Shown here one piece after another: positions 37,240-47,925 of a stretch of DNA of 64,000 nt. Location of the stretch: the NCBI GenBank assembly GCA_032128115.1, contig JAQBHB010000069.1, positions 1 to 64,000 of the forward strand. Direction: 5' to 3'. The DNA is from Deltaproteobacteria bacterium (GTDB taxonomy: Bacteria; Myxococcota_A; UBA9160; SMWR01). Position 1 is the first letter of the stretch; every line of letters starts with the position of its first letter. The translations under genes and the position numbers were made by a program. The notes below the pieces were generated by a model. It was not told the DNA's origin. It saw only the letters and a program-made list of their open reading frames with translations, and did no database searches.

Positions 37240-38622
37240 TCAGAGGCGGGCCGGGATCAGGAACATGGCGGCGCCCGTCACCGCGAAACAGGCCAGCGCC
37301 ACCAGGAACGTGTAGCCCACCACGTCGCCGAAACGGAGTCGGGTCACCGCCAGCATCGGGATGGCGAAGAAGGGCTGGATCAGGTTGGTGGTGGAGTCGC
37401 CGTAGGCGTAGGCCAGCAGAACCGTCACGACCGAAACGTCCAGTTGCTCGCCCGCCGGGATCAGATAGGGCGCCTCGATCAGCCACTTGGAGCCGGCCGA
37501 GGGAACGAACAGGTTCATGATCGCCGAGTACACGTAGACCACGAACGGATACGTGCGCTGGTTGGCGAAGTCGGTGAAGAGACCCTCGATCCAGGATCCC
37601 AAGCCGGTGTTCTGCATGAGACCGAAGATTCCGGCGTAGAAAGGGAATTGCACGATGATCCCCCACGCCGCGTCCACGCCGTTCCGGCACGCGCGCAGAA
37701 ACGAGATCGGTCTGCCGTGGAGCAGCATCGCCACCACCAGGAACGTCACGTTGTAGGCGTTGATGGTCCAGCTGGTGCCGAAGCCGCGCGTTGCAATGGA
37801 GTGACCCAGGGGGTAGGCGAGCAGGATCACCGCGAGCGCCGTCCAGCCCCGGAAGGCGTCGACCCGGGCCCCGGGGGTGGCTGGCTCTGCGGGGGGATCC
37901 GGAGGCGTGGGCAGGATCCGCTCCAACTGTTCGGGCGTGAAGGTCACCGGGTTGCACCGCGGGTGCAGGGCCGCCACCACCCATAGCGCCACGCCACCGA
38001 TCACGAACACGTAGGCCAGGTTGAACGCGTTGAAGAGCGTCTCGGTCACGGGGAACAGGCGGTCGACGACGCCCACCCCGGTGCTGGGATCCAGAAGCGG
38101 GTTCCCCGGCGTGGCCAGGATCAGGGGCGCCGATCCCGAGAGACCTCCGTGCCACACGGTGCCGAGCCCCAGGTAGGCGGCGGCGATCACCACGCGAATG
38201 TCTGCCTTCGGATTTCGCCGGCAGATGAACGGAACGAACAGCGCGCACGCCACCAGGCACAGGGCCCAGTTCAGGTAGCCCGTCACCAGTGAAAAGCAGC
38301 CAGCCAGCACCACGGCCTGCACCGGACGCTCGGGATCCGGGACGCCCGCCAGTCGATCCAGCAGCCGGAACACGGGCCGCGAGGCCACACAGGCGTGGGC
38401 CGCGACCATGGCAATCGTGAACTGCATGGCCAGGCCGAGCAGCACCCACACCCCGTCGCCCCAGGCCAGCACGGCCTCCTCTGGGCTCGCGCCCGCCCCG
38501 GCCGTGGCCAGCACCAGGGCGATGGCGGTGAGGATCATGCAGATCACCCACGCGTCGGGCACCCAGCGCTCGGTGAAACGCGACAGCCCGGACCCCAGAT
38601 CGCGAAGTGCATCGAACCCCAC
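37240..38622 (-). CDS. Short-chain fatty acid transporter (AtoE/TIGR00366-like)
   Basis: RWVPDA, WHGGLSGSAPL, QFPFYAGI, FVPSAG, NLIQPF. Confidence 0.87.
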   Translation of the reverse strand: MGFDALRDLGSGLSRFTERWVPDAWVICMILTAIALVLATAGAGASPEEAVLAWGDGVWVLLGLAMQFTIAMVAAHACVASRPVFRLLDRLAGVPDPERPVQAVVLAGCFSLVTGYLNWALCLVACALFVPFICRRNPKADIRVVIAAAYLGLGTVWHGGLSGSAPLILATPGNPLLDPSTGVGVVDRLFPVTETLFNAFNLAYVFVIGGVALWVVAALHPRCNPVTFTPEQLERILPTPPDPPAEPATPGARVDAFRGWTALAVILLAYPLGHSIATRGFGTSWTINAYNVTFLVVAMLLHGRPISFLRACRNGVDAAWGIIVQFPFYAGIFGLMQNTGLGSWIEGLFTDFANQRTYPFVVYVYSAIMNLFVPSAGSKWLIEAPYLIPAGEQLDVSVVTVLLAYAYGDSTTNLIQPFFAIPMLAVTRLRFGDVVGYTFLVALACFAVTGAAMFLIPARL

Positions 38623-38628
38623 CGACTC

Positions 38629-40029
38629 CTACCCGAGCACTCCCAGCTGGTCGAGGACGGTGAGCGCGCTGAAGTATCCGAAGAACAGCAGCGACGCCAC
38701 CAGCGCCGCCATGCGCACCGGACCCGGACGCAGGATTCCGCGCAGGCTCGTGGCGTTCATCCACAGCAACAGCCCCGAATACAGGAACATGACGATGCCG
38801 TTGAGCGATGCCGACAAGACGATCAGCGCGAACGGTCGGTCGAAACCCGAGGCGAGCACGGCGATCCCGAATGCGATCATGCCCCAGACCACGCCGAAGT
38901 AGAGCTGCGAGAGCCCGACGCGCCGGAACCGTCCCACCTTCAGCAGGTCGGCGGTCACGCGGGCCACGCCGTCGAGCAGCGCGAGCTCCGTCGAGAACAG
39001 CACCAGAACGCCGACAGCCAGGAACACGGATCGGCCCCAGGAGCCCACCCGACCCTCGATGGCCAGTGCCTCCTGGCGAATGAAATCAAACCCTTCGCCC
39101 AGGGGCGCACCGGGCTCCAGCAGGGTGGCCGCCAGCAGGCAGAACAGCGCCAGGGATGCCAGACACAGGCAGTAGAACGAGAGGAAGTGCTCCAGGTTGG
39201 TGCGGCGCCACCAGACCCGCCAGCGCGACCGATTCTCCGGGGTGTCCTCGAAGACGTACCCCACGCCGCCTGCCGCCTCCTCGCGGCCGGTGAAGGGGCT
39301 GGTGATGCGACCCACCCAGCGGCCCATGCCGTAGCCCTTGTCCACGATGTAGTTCGACTGGGCCAGATTCATGGATCCCCCGGCGCCGGCGAACGCAAGG
39401 GCACCAAGCAGGACCGGCCAGTGAACACCCTCGGGAATCCTGCCCACCTGGACCGCGCCTTCCAGCAGCGCCACCACCGTGTCTGCCCGCACGAACCGGG
39501 CCACGAGCACCAGCAGCAGCGCGAAGATCAGCGCCACCAGCCCCATCTGGATCGCCTCGACGGTGCGGTAGACCACGGGCCCCACCGACAGGATCGCGCC
39601 GCACAGGAGCAGGCCGCCGATGGCGGTGGCGGTGACGGGGATCTCCAGCTGCCACGAAAGCAGGGTCGCGGCGCCGACGGCCCAACCGGGCCAGATCCAC
39701 GGCACGGTGGCGCACACCAGGAAGATCGGGCCGAACAGCCGCCCCATGCGAACGAAACCCACCACCGCGCTCTCGCCGGTGGCCAGGCTCCAGCGTTCGA
39801 TTTCCATGTTGAGGAAGAACTGGATCGTGACGCCGATCCAACACGCCCAGAACAACGCGAAGCCCCACTCGGCGGTGAGCCTCGGCCACAGCACGAACTC
39901 GCCACTGCCGATGGAGAGGCCGGCGAGGATGATGCTCGGGCCGATCAGGCGCCGCAGCGGAAGCGGCTCGGGAAGCTCCCGGACCTCCGGGGCGGGCAGA
40001 AAGCGGTCGCGAATCCGCAGGATCGGCAT
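38629..40029 (-). CDS. Nramp-like/YcsG-type membrane transporter
   Basis: IGPSIILAGLSIGSGE..LWP, E..R...ATGE, AFAGAGG; about 11 TM helices. Confidence 0.75.
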   Translation of the reverse strand: MPILRIRDRFLPAPEVRELPEPLPLRRLIGPSIILAGLSIGSGEFVLWPRLTAEWGFALFWACWIGVTIQFFLNMEIERWSLATGESAVVGFVRMGRLFGPIFLVCATVPWIWPGWAVGAATLLSWQLEIPVTATAIGGLLLCGAILSVGPVVYRTVEAIQMGLVALIFALLLVLVARFVRADTVVALLEGAVQVGRIPEGVHWPVLLGALAFAGAGGSMNLAQSNYIVDKGYGMGRWVGRITSPFTGREEAAGGVGYVFEDTPENRSRWRVWWRRTNLEHFLSFYCLCLASLALFCLLAATLLEPGAPLGEGFDFIRQEALAIEGRVGSWGRSVFLAVGVLVLFSTELALLDGVARVTADLLKVGRFRRVGLSQLYFGVVWGMIAFGIAVLASGFDRPFALIVLSASLNGIVMFLYSGLLLWMNATSLRGILRPGPVRMAALVASLLFFGYFSALTVLDQLGVLG

Positions 40030-40100
40030 GGCCCCCAAAGTCCGGCCGTTGTACCCGATGTGCCCCGGGTTGGAAAGCTGGGGCCGGAGCTGGGGCCAGG

Positions 40101-41432
40101 TCAGGGCTCGCGGCTGATCTCCTCGAGCTCGCGGCGCCCCGTCTCGGGCAGGAACCACACCACGATGGCCGCGGCCAGCGTGGCGAACACCACCACGCTG
40201 ATCATGGGGACATTGCTCTCGCCCGTCGCCGTTCCCAGGGCGACCAGCGCGAAGCCCGCACTCGCCCCCAGGGCCTCCATCAGCTGCAACCAGCCTCCGG
40301 CGGCCCCCCGATGCGAGGTGGGAAACAATTCCGTGGCCAGGGCGCGAGCGATCGTGATGCCCCCGGTCAGGGTGAAGACCAGGGGGATCCACAACAAGGG
40401 GAGCATCCAGGCCGGGCAGTGGTAGAAGCTGTACGCCAGCAATGGAAAGGCGCCGAACAACAGGACTCCCACGATCCGGCGGCCGCGCTCATCTGCGATT
40501 CGCCCGGTAAAGGGATGACCCACGATGCCCACCAGGCCCGCCGCTACCGCCATCAGCGTGAATTGCCAGGGCGCCCAGCCGTGCAGGGCCTGCACGTAGT
40601 AGGCCGAGAAGTTGAAGCCCACGGCGTGACCCATGGACGACAGGCCCCCGATCAGACCCACCGCCACCACGCGGCCCGGGTGCACGCGCGCCAGGCTCAC
40701 CACGGGCCTGAGCCAGGCCAGCAGGGGGTTCGATGCCTCGCCGCGGGCGGTTCGTTCCCGGCGCAGGGCGTGAAAGCGGCCCGTCTCGGGAACCCGCGCC
40801 CGGAACCACGGCAACATCAGGAGCGGTGCAACGCCCACCACGTACATGGCCCGCCACCCGAACGGCAGGTAGTCGATCACCGCGAACAGCAGCAACCCCA
40901 GCCCCGTGCCGAAGGCGGCCAGCGCCCCCAGGATGCCCACCCCCCAGCCCCGGTGCTCCTTGGGGAACTCCTCGCTCACGATCACGTACGCCATGGCGGA
41001 GCACGTGACCATGAAGGTGCGGCTGATCATCTGCAGGACCACGAACTGGGGCGTGCTCTGGGCGAAGGCCGAACCCAGGGTTGCCACGCTGATGCCGATC
41101 AGCGAAATCAGGAACAGGCGACGACGGCCGATGGAATCGCCCAGGGGCACCAGCAGGAAGGCGGGAATCGCCCCCAGCCGGATGAAGCTGAACAACTCGG
41201 CCAGGTCGGACTCGAGTACACCCAGGCCCTCCGCCACCTGCTTGGCGGCGGCGCTGAGCATGGACTGGTCGTAGCTCTCGAAGAGCAGCGCCAGTGCGAC
41301 ACCGCCCAGCATGTGGAGCTGGGCCGGCGGAATCTCGGGCGCGCGGCCCAGGAAACGCGGGATCCACCAGACCTGTCGCGTCGGAGTCGAACCTGATGCG
41401 CCTGCGTCGTCGGCAGACGGTTCGCGTCTCAC
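40101..41432 (-). CDS. MFS transporter
   Basis: GTG overlapping the pfk stop; D.IGRR, EEFP..RG, DERGRR, LPET motifs. Confidence 0.88.
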   Translation of the reverse strand: MRREPSADDAGASGSTPTRQVWWIPRFLGRAPEIPPAQLHMLGGVALALLFESYDQSMLSAAAKQVAEGLGVLESDLAELFSFIRLGAIPAFLLVPLGDSIGRRRLFLISLIGISVATLGSAFAQSTPQFVVLQMISRTFMVTCSAMAYVIVSEEFPKEHRGWGVGILGALAAFGTGLGLLLFAVIDYLPFGWRAMYVVGVAPLLMLPWFRARVPETGRFHALRRERTARGEASNPLLAWLRPVVSLARVHPGRVVAVGLIGGLSSMGHAVGFNFSAYYVQALHGWAPWQFTLMAVAAGLVGIVGHPFTGRIADERGRRIVGVLLFGAFPLLAYSFYHCPAWMLPLLWIPLVFTLTGGITIARALATELFPTSHRGAAGGWLQLMEALGASAGFALVALGTATGESNVPMISVVVFATLAAAIVVWFLPETGRRELEEISREP

Positions 41433-42658
41433 AAGGGCGCGTAGCGCTTTCGGGCTTCGTCGGGATCCAGATTCGCCGCCTTCGCAATGGCAGCCAGCCG
41501 GCCCGGACTCTCCAGGTCTTCGGGGTGGATTCGCTCCTGCAACGCCAGCGCGCTCCGGTAGGAATCGGAATCGATGTTCACCGCGCGCACTCGCGCCCTT
41601 CCTGTAGCCGGATCCACGATGTCTGCGAACGGAACCGGCACGATGCGGCCAGCCTGGCGGGTGATGAGAACGCTGCTGGCCCCGCCCCGAAGCGCCTGCA
41701 CGGCGCCCACACCCAGGTCCCGGGTGTAATCGCGGTCGAAGGCGGTGGGGTAGCCGCAGCGCAGCTCGTAGCCCACGTCCTTTTCCCCGATGGTTACCTT
41801 CACGCCACGGCTGGCCAGGGCCTCGGACACCGCGGTACGCAGCACGCGGGCAATGGGCACCTCGGCCAGGCGGATGTGGCCGTGCTCGTCGCGCGGCACG
41901 TCGCGCAGGATCGGGTCGCTCTCGTCGAAATGGGACGCCACCCCTTCCGCAATCACCGCCACCCCGTCGGGTCGGCCCGCGGCCAGGCGCTTGACGATGG
42001 CGCCCTCGAGCGTGCGCACCACGTCCTCCAACCGGATGGGCCGATCGGGAAACTCCTCGGGAATCACGGTGATGGGCGCCCCCGCGGCCTTGCCGGCGCC
42101 CAGCGCCAGGTGACCCGCCGAGCGCCCCATCATCACGATGAAGAACCAGCGGTTGGTGGTGCGCATGTCCTCGAGGATGCGTTCCACCACGGTGGTCGCG
42201 TGCTCGCGGGCGGTCTCGAAGCCGAAGGTGGGAACCCCGTCGGGCAGCGGCAGGTCGTTGTCGATGGTCTTGGGCACGTGCACGACCTTGATGCGCCCCT
42301 CGGCGGCCTCGGCCACGCGGTTCGAGGAAGACGCGGTGTCGTCGCCCCCGATCGTGATCAGGTGATCCACACCGAGTCGGTCCAGGGCGCGGACGCAGTG
42401 GGCCAGGTGCTCGGGCCTCTTGGTGGGATTCGCGCGGGAGGTGTTCAGGATCGACCCCCCCTTCAGATGGATCTGCTCCACCGCCTGCGCGTCGAGTTCG
42501 CGCACGTGGCTCGTGTCGCCCTCCATGATCCAACGGAACCCGTCCAGGATGCCCACGACGCGATCGCCGCCACGGGCTGCCTGGGTCGCCGCGGCACCGA
42601 TGACCCCGTTGATACCGGGGGCGGGGCCGCCGCCTACCAGAATGCCGAACGTCTTCAT
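41429..42658 (-). CDS. pfp: Phosphofructokinase, PPi-dependent signature
   Basis: GGGPAPGIN, GGDD, PKTIDND, MGR, GYELRC. Confidence 0.85.
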   Translation of the reverse strand: MKTFGILVGGGPAPGINGVIGAAATQAARGGDRVVGILDGFRWIMEGDTSHVRELDAQAVEQIHLKGGSILNTSRANPTKRPEHLAHCVRALDRLGVDHLITIGGDDTASSSNRVAEAAEGRIKVVHVPKTIDNDLPLPDGVPTFGFETAREHATTVVERILEDMRTTNRWFFIVMMGRSAGHLALGAGKAAGAPITVIPEEFPDRPIRLEDVVRTLEGAIVKRLAAGRPDGVAVIAEGVASHFDESDPILRDVPRDEHGHIRLAEVPIARVLRTAVSEALASRGVKVTIGEKDVGYELRCGYPTAFDRDYTRDLGVGAVQALRGGASSVLITRQAGRIVPVPFADIVDPATGRARVRAVNIDSDSYRSALALQERIHPEDLESPGRLAAIAKAANLDPDEARKRYAPL

Positions 42659-42702
42659 TCGTTCTCCCCTCTCGAAGCGATGCGGTGATTGCGCCGATGA
42701 AC

Positions 42703-43638
42703 TCAGCGCTTGCGAAAGATGTCGACGACCTGGCCCGATCCGTCACTGGCACCACTCGGCCCCGCAGGATGCGTCGACGACGGCGACTTCCGCCCCCAGA
42801 GCACCGCCGGCTCGTCTTCGCGCGGGGCCGCAGGCGGCGGCGGCAGGCGCAGATCCCGGATCACCTCGGACGCCAGCTCCCGCATCTGGCTGTGGGGAGC
42901 CGTTCCCCGTGCATGGTGGAGGATCGACAGCGGACGGCCGCTGTCGGAATTGAGGGCCTCGACCCGGGGACTCCGGGAGAGATACGTCTTGTAGTAGGGC
43001 CAGCCGCGACTGCGCACTTCCTCGAGCACGGACTGGAACAGGGTGATTCCGCCACGGCTGGCGCGGGTGCGGCGATCGACCAGCGTAAACACGATGTGGG
43101 CGCGCTCTACACCCAGTCGCGAGCGTTCGAGGATGCGAAACGTCTTGCCCGCCTCCTCCATGGAGGCCCAGTCGGCCACCGGAATCAGGATGCGGTCCGC
43201 TGCGTGATAGGCGTTCAGGGTCAGGAATTCCAGGTCGCTCTTGGTGTCCAGCAACACGATACCCGGCCAGGCCGTGCGCTGGAGAATGCGTCGCAGGGCC
43301 ACCGGGTTCTCGGCGCGCGCCTTGAGCAGGGTCACGTCCGGGGGCGAGGGCACGAAGTGCACGCCGTACTGACCCAGCTGGATCACCCGGGACAGATCGC
43401 GCTCGGCCCAGCCGTGCTTGAGGTTGCCTTCGCTCGGTCCGGGCCGGGCCAGGGCGAACATCCGGTCCAGGGTCATCTGGTCGTCGAGGCTCACCGCGAG
43501 CACCGGAAGATCCTCGCGCAGGGCGCGCAGGTACACGGCCAGGTTCGCGGCCAGGGTGGTCTTGCCGACACCGCCCTTGTTGGACGAGACGGCGACGACG
43601 GATGTGCGCAAAGTCGACGCGGGGGGAGCGTCCGTCAC
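42703..43638 (-). CDS. ParA/MinD-family ATPase (orphan)
   Basis: Deviant Walker A KGGVGKTT, LLDT. Confidence 0.85.
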   Translation of the reverse strand: MTDAPPASTLRTSVVAVSSNKGGVGKTTLAANLAVYLRALREDLPVLAVSLDDQMTLDRMFALARPGPSEGNLKHGWAERDLSRVIQLGQYGVHFVPSPPDVTLLKARAENPVALRRILQRTAWPGIVLLDTKSDLEFLTLNAYHAADRILIPVADWASMEEAGKTFRILERSRLGVERAHIVFTLVDRRTRASRGGITLFQSVLEEVRSRGWPYYKTYLSRSPRVEALNSDSGRPLSILHHARGTAPHSQMRELASEVIRDLRLPPPPAAPREDEPAVLWGRKSPSSTHPAGPSGASDGSGQVVDIFRKR

Positions 43639-43673
43639 GGCGGGAAGAGTACCTATCGGGTACGATGGCGGCC

Positions 43674-44405
43674 ATGACGGCCGTAGGCGTGATTCCCGCG
43701 CGTTACGAAGCCTCCCGTTTCCCCGGCAAGCCCCTGGTGGAGATCGCTGGGATTCCCATGCTGCGCCGGGTCTGGGAGGGGGCGCGAGCCGCCAAGAGCC
43801 TGCGCGACGTGATCGTCGCCACCGACGATCCCCGCATCGTTGCGGCCTGCGAGGACTTCGGCGCCCCGGTGATACTGACTCGCCCCGAGCACCCCACCGG
43901 GACCGACCGGCTGGCCGAGGTGGCCCTTCGACTCGACGACGAGATCGTGGTCAACATCCAGGGAGACGAGCCCCTGATCGAGGGCTTCGTGATCGACGCC
44001 GCCGTCGAGATCCTGCGCGAAGACCCCGCCCTGTCCATGTCCACCGTGGTCCACCCGGCAGACGACCACGGCCTGGACGATCCCAATCGGGTCAAGGTGG
44101 TTATCGATCGCATGGGCAACGCCCTCTACTTCTCCCGCAGCCGGATTCCAGCGCTGCGCAACCCGCCCGCTCCGGCCTACTGGCAGCACGTGGGCCTGTA
44201 CGCATACCGGCGCGCGTTCCTGCTGGACTTCGTGGAGATGGTGCCGACGGCGCTGGAGCGTTGCGAAGGCCTTGAGCAGCTGCGCGCCCTGGAGAACGGC
44301 CATCGCATTCGCTGTGCCATCGTGCGGGAGTGGCGGAGTATCCCCGTCGACGTTCCCGACGACGTGGCCCGGGTGGAGGCGCGCCTGCGCGAGCTGGGCC
44401 GATGA
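43674..44405 (+). CDS. kdsB: 3-deoxy-manno-octulosonate cytidylyltransferase
   Basis: IPARYEASRFPGKPL, GTDR, NIQGDEP, YFSRS, LEQLRALE. Confidence 0.95.
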   Translation: MTAVGVIPARYEASRFPGKPLVEIAGIPMLRRVWEGARAAKSLRDVIVATDDPRIVAACEDFGAPVILTRPEHPTGTDRLAEVALRLDDEIVVNIQGDEPLIEGFVIDAAVEILREDPALSMSTVVHPADDHGLDDPNRVKVVIDRMGNALYFSRSRIPALRNPPAPAYWQHVGLYAYRRAFLLDFVEMVPTALERCEGLEQLRALENGHRIRCAIVREWRSIPVDVPDDVARVEARLRELGR

Positions 44406-44421
44406 TCGGGCCACGGGAAGC

Positions 44422-45378
44422 ATGAGCGAACGGCTCGACGCCCGCACGGTGCGCGAATGGGGAGAGCGTTACTCCAACTGGGGACGCTGGGGCGAGGACG
44501 ACGAGCGCGGGACCCTCAACTTCATCACCCCCGAGCGGATCCTGGCCGCGACCGCGATCCCCCGCATCGGACGCGTGATCTCGTGCGCCCTTCCCTTCGA
44601 CCAGAACGGCCCCCAATCCGGTCTCGCGGGGCGCCACAATCCCATCCACACCATGTTGGCGGACGGGGGCGACGCCCTGGCGGGCGCCCAGGACTTCCTG
44701 CCCGGCGGCTTCAACTACGCCGACGACGCGGTCAGCATGCCGCTCCAATGCGGCACCCAATGGGACGCGCTGGCCCACGTCTTCTACGACGGCAAGATGT
44801 ACAACGACCGCGACATCAAGCTCGTGACCAGCAGCGGCGCCAAGGCCAACTCGATCGACCGCATCCGGGACGCGGTGGTGGGGCGCGGTGTCCTGCTGGA
44901 TCTGCCCCGACACGCCCGGCTCGACTGGCTGGTCGACGGCACGCCCGTGCTTCCCGAAACGCTGGACGCGTGCGCCGAAGACCAGGGGGTGGCCATCGGG
45001 TCCGGCGACATCCTGCTGGTGCGCACCGGAATGATGACCCGTTGCCTGCAGCAGAAATCCTGGCAAGGCTACTGCGGCGGCGACGCCCCGGGCCTCTCGA
45101 TCCACTGCGCCCGCTGGCTCTACGAGCGCGAGATCGCGGCCATCGCTACGGACACCTGGGGTGTCGAGGTGCGACCGAACGAGACCCCCGACTGCTTCCA
45201 ACCGCTGCACATGATCTCGCTGCGGAACACCGGCCTCCTGTTCGGTGAGATCTTCCTCCTGGACGACCTGGCCCGGGCCTGTGCCGAGGACGGCAACTAC
45301 GAGTTCCTCTTCACGGCGCCCCCGCTGCCCATCACCGGCGCCGTCGGCTCGCCCATCAATCCACTCGCGATCAAGTGA
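44422..45378 (+). CDS. Cyclase family (kynurenine formamidase-like) metal-dependent hydrolase
   Basis: NWGRWGEDDERGTLN, GTQWDALAH, GRGVLLD, GSPINPLAIK. Confidence 0.88.
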   Translation: MSERLDARTVREWGERYSNWGRWGEDDERGTLNFITPERILAATAIPRIGRVISCALPFDQNGPQSGLAGRHNPIHTMLADGGDALAGAQDFLPGGFNYADDAVSMPLQCGTQWDALAHVFYDGKMYNDRDIKLVTSSGAKANSIDRIRDAVVGRGVLLDLPRHARLDWLVDGTPVLPETLDACAEDQGVAIGSGDILLVRTGMMTRCLQQKSWQGYCGGDAPGLSIHCARWLYEREIAAIATDTWGVEVRPNETPDCFQPLHMISLRNTGLLFGEIFLLDDLARACAEDGNYEFLFTAPPLPITGAVGSPINPLAIK

Positions 45379-47924
45379 ACGAGCGCGCCCGTCCGGCGAT
45401 CGTCATCGCATGGCTGTTCGCCATCTCGGGCGCAGCGGGCCTGATTCTCGAGACCACGTGGCTGCGCTGGTTCGGGTTGCTGTTCGGCGCGACGGCCCCT
45501 GCCACCGCGGCCACCCTGGTGGCCTTCCTGGCGGGCCAGGCCACGGGCGCCGCCGCGGCGGCCCGACTGGCCGCGCGCATGCGTCGACCGCTGCGGATCT
45601 TTGCCGGCCTCATGATCGCGAGCGCCGCCTGGGCGCTGCTGGTACCGCTGGGAATCGGCGCCGGCGAGGCATTCACCGCCGCCTTCTACGATGAGCTTCG
45701 CACCGCGCCCGGCGCATTGTCCTGCGTGCGCTTCGCCATCGCCCTCGGGGCCACGCTTCCCGCCGCGGCGTGCTGGGGCGCGGCGTTCCCGACGCTTGGC
45801 GCCGCACTGCTCTCCGACCGTCGACCTCCGGGGTCCCGCGGCGCGGCGCTCTACGCCGCCAACCTGGCCGGCGCCGCCGTGGGGGCGGCGGCTGCCGCCT
45901 TCTGGCTGCCCGAGTGGCTGGGCGTGAACGGCACCTACGGCGTGGGAATCGCGCTCGAAGTGGGGGTCGGCGTGGCCGCCCTGGCCATGCTGAGAAGGAT
46001 GACGCTCCCCGCGCCGGACGCGGAACCCCTCATGGTCGGCGGGCCGCTTCCCGGGCCGCGCGCCCTGGCCGCGCTGGCCAGCGTGTCCGGGTTCGGGACG
46101 TTTGCCGCCCAGGTGCTGCTGGTGCACGCCTTCGCGCTCGTGCTCGACCAGTCGGTGTACGCGTTCGGTGCGGTGCTGGCGGTGGTGTTCGTGTGCCTGG
46201 CCTGCGGCGCGGGAGGCGTTGCGCTCGCCAGTCGATCCAGTCGCGTGACGCCGTCCGGCCTGCTGGGCGGCTCGCTGGTGGTGACCGCACTGGGCCTGGC
46301 CTGCTTTCCAGCACTCTTCCATACCATCACCGGCGGGCTCGGTCTCGCCGCCTCTGAAAACTGGGCAAAACACCTGGCCTCGGCACTGTGGATGGCGGCC
46401 GCCACGGCTGGCCCCGGATTGCTGGCTGCAGGCCTGGTGTTTCCCGCCGTGCTGGCCGCGGCGGCGCCCGCGCCGGACGCGCCGCGTCCAGTGGCGGCGC
46501 GCCTGGGGCAGCTGGTGGCCGCCAACACCCTCGGCGCTCTGCTGGGTGCCGTAGCCGCCCCTTTTCTGCTCCTGCCCTTCGTGGGCCCGTGGCGCGCGTT
46601 CGCAGTCGTGGGCCTGGTCTACGGGGTGGCCTCCCTGTTCGTGCCGACCCCTGATCGCCGGGGCCGGATGCTGCGCGACGGGGTCCTGGCCCTGGGCTGG
46701 CTGGGAATCCTGGCGCTGGCGAGTCCATTCTCGCTGCCCGCGGTCACGCCCGAGGCCGGAGAGACGCTGGTCTACCAGGTCACCACGCCTTCCGGAAGCG
46801 TGGCGGTGATCGAGCGCGACGGCGAGCACCTGATCCGCAGCGACAACCACTACAACCTCGGGGGCACGGCCGAGGTGCTTCATCAGGAGCGCCAGGGTCA
46901 TCTGCCCCTGCTGTTGCACCCGGACGCGCGGCGCGTGGCGTATCTGGGATCCGCCACCGGGATCAGCGCGGGGGCGGCGACCCTCCACCCCGTGACCAGC
47001 ATGCACCTGGTCGAGATCGCGCCCGGTGTGGCTGATGCGGCGCGCCGCTACTTCCGCGCTGCCAACCGCCAGGTGCACGAAGACCCGCGAACCCGGATCG
47101 TGCTCGACGACGCGCGGAACTTTCTCCGCGCCAGTCGCGAGCGCTTCGACGTGATCGTGGCCGACCTGTTCGTTCCGTGGCGGTCGGGATCCCATGCGCT
47201 CTACGCGTTGGAACACTTCCAGGCGGCGCGCGCGCGCCTGGATTCCGGCGGCCTGTTCTGCCAATGGCTTCCCCTCTACCAGCTCACGCCCGGCGAATTC
47301 CAGATGATCGCGGCCACGTTCCTCGACGCGTTTCCCGAGAGCGCGGTGTTCCGGGGCGATTTCTACGGAAGCTTTCCCATCGCGGCGCTCGTGGGGTGGA
47401 GGGATCGACCGGCCCCGTTCCGCGAGGTGTCGGCGGCCGCGGCGCGCATGGCGGCGATTCCGGGCTTCGACGACCGCTGGCTGCGGGATCCCGTCGGGTT
47501 CTGGAGTCTCTACGTGGGTCCCCTGGCGGGGCTCGCGACCGTGCTTCGCGACGTGCCGCGCAACCGCGACGATCGCCCCCGCTTCGCGTACCTGGCGGCG
47601 CGCTCTCACGTGGGAGGCGGCCGCGGTGTGAGCGATCCGATGGTGGGGCTGCGCTGGGTGCGATTCCAGGAGACGCTGCAGCGGGCGTCCCAGCTCGGCG
47701 GCAATGCGATCGACCCGGGAGACGCGATCTACCCGGGCCTGGATGCGCGCGCGCGGGAGGCTTCCCATGGCGGCGCGCTTCTGCAGGCGGCCAGCTCCCT
47801 CTGGGTGGCCGGCCGCGCCCAGGAGGCGGCCCAGTTTCTGGCCCGGGCCAGCGAACTCCTTCCGCCCGAGCTGCTGGCCCAGGCGCCGGCCGACCCCAGC
47901 GCAGCCGACGTCTGGCCCGACTGA
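45375..47924 (+). CDS. Fused membrane (MFS-like) / spermidine-synthase-like protein
   Basis: SGAAGLILE..W.R and LYAANL.GA in the membrane part; GSATG, VEI, DDARNFL, FCQWLPLYQ. Confidence 0.83.
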   Translation: MNERARPAIVIAWLFAISGAAGLILETTWLRWFGLLFGATAPATAATLVAFLAGQATGAAAAARLAARMRRPLRIFAGLMIASAAWALLVPLGIGAGEAFTAAFYDELRTAPGALSCVRFAIALGATLPAAACWGAAFPTLGAALLSDRRPPGSRGAALYAANLAGAAVGAAAAAFWLPEWLGVNGTYGVGIALEVGVGVAALAMLRRMTLPAPDAEPLMVGGPLPGPRALAALASVSGFGTFAAQVLLVHAFALVLDQSVYAFGAVLAVVFVCLACGAGGVALASRSSRVTPSGLLGGSLVVTALGLACFPALFHTITGGLGLAASENWAKHLASALWMAAATAGPGLLAAGLVFPAVLAAAAPAPDAPRPVAARLGQLVAANTLGALLGAVAAPFLLLPFVGPWRAFAVVGLVYGVASLFVPTPDRRGRMLRDGVLALGWLGILALASPFSLPAVTPEAGETLVYQVTTPSGSVAVIERDGEHLIRSDNHYNLGGTAEVLHQERQGHLPLLLHPDARRVAYLGSATGISAGAATLHPVTSMHLVEIAPGVADAARRYFRAANRQVHEDPRTRIVLDDARNFLRASRERFDVIVADLFVPWRSGSHALYALEHFQAARARLDSGGLFCQWLPLYQLTPGEFQMIAATFLDAFPESAVFRGDFYGSFPIAALVGWRDRPAPFREVSAAAARMAAIPGFDDRWLRDPVGFWSLYVGPLAGLATVLRDVPRNRDDRPRFAYLAARSHVGGGRGVSDPMVGLRWVRFQETLQRASQLGGNAIDPGDAIYPGLDARAREASHGGALLQAASSLWVAGRAQEAAQFLARASELLPPELLAQAPADPSAADVWPD

Positions 47925-47925
47925 A

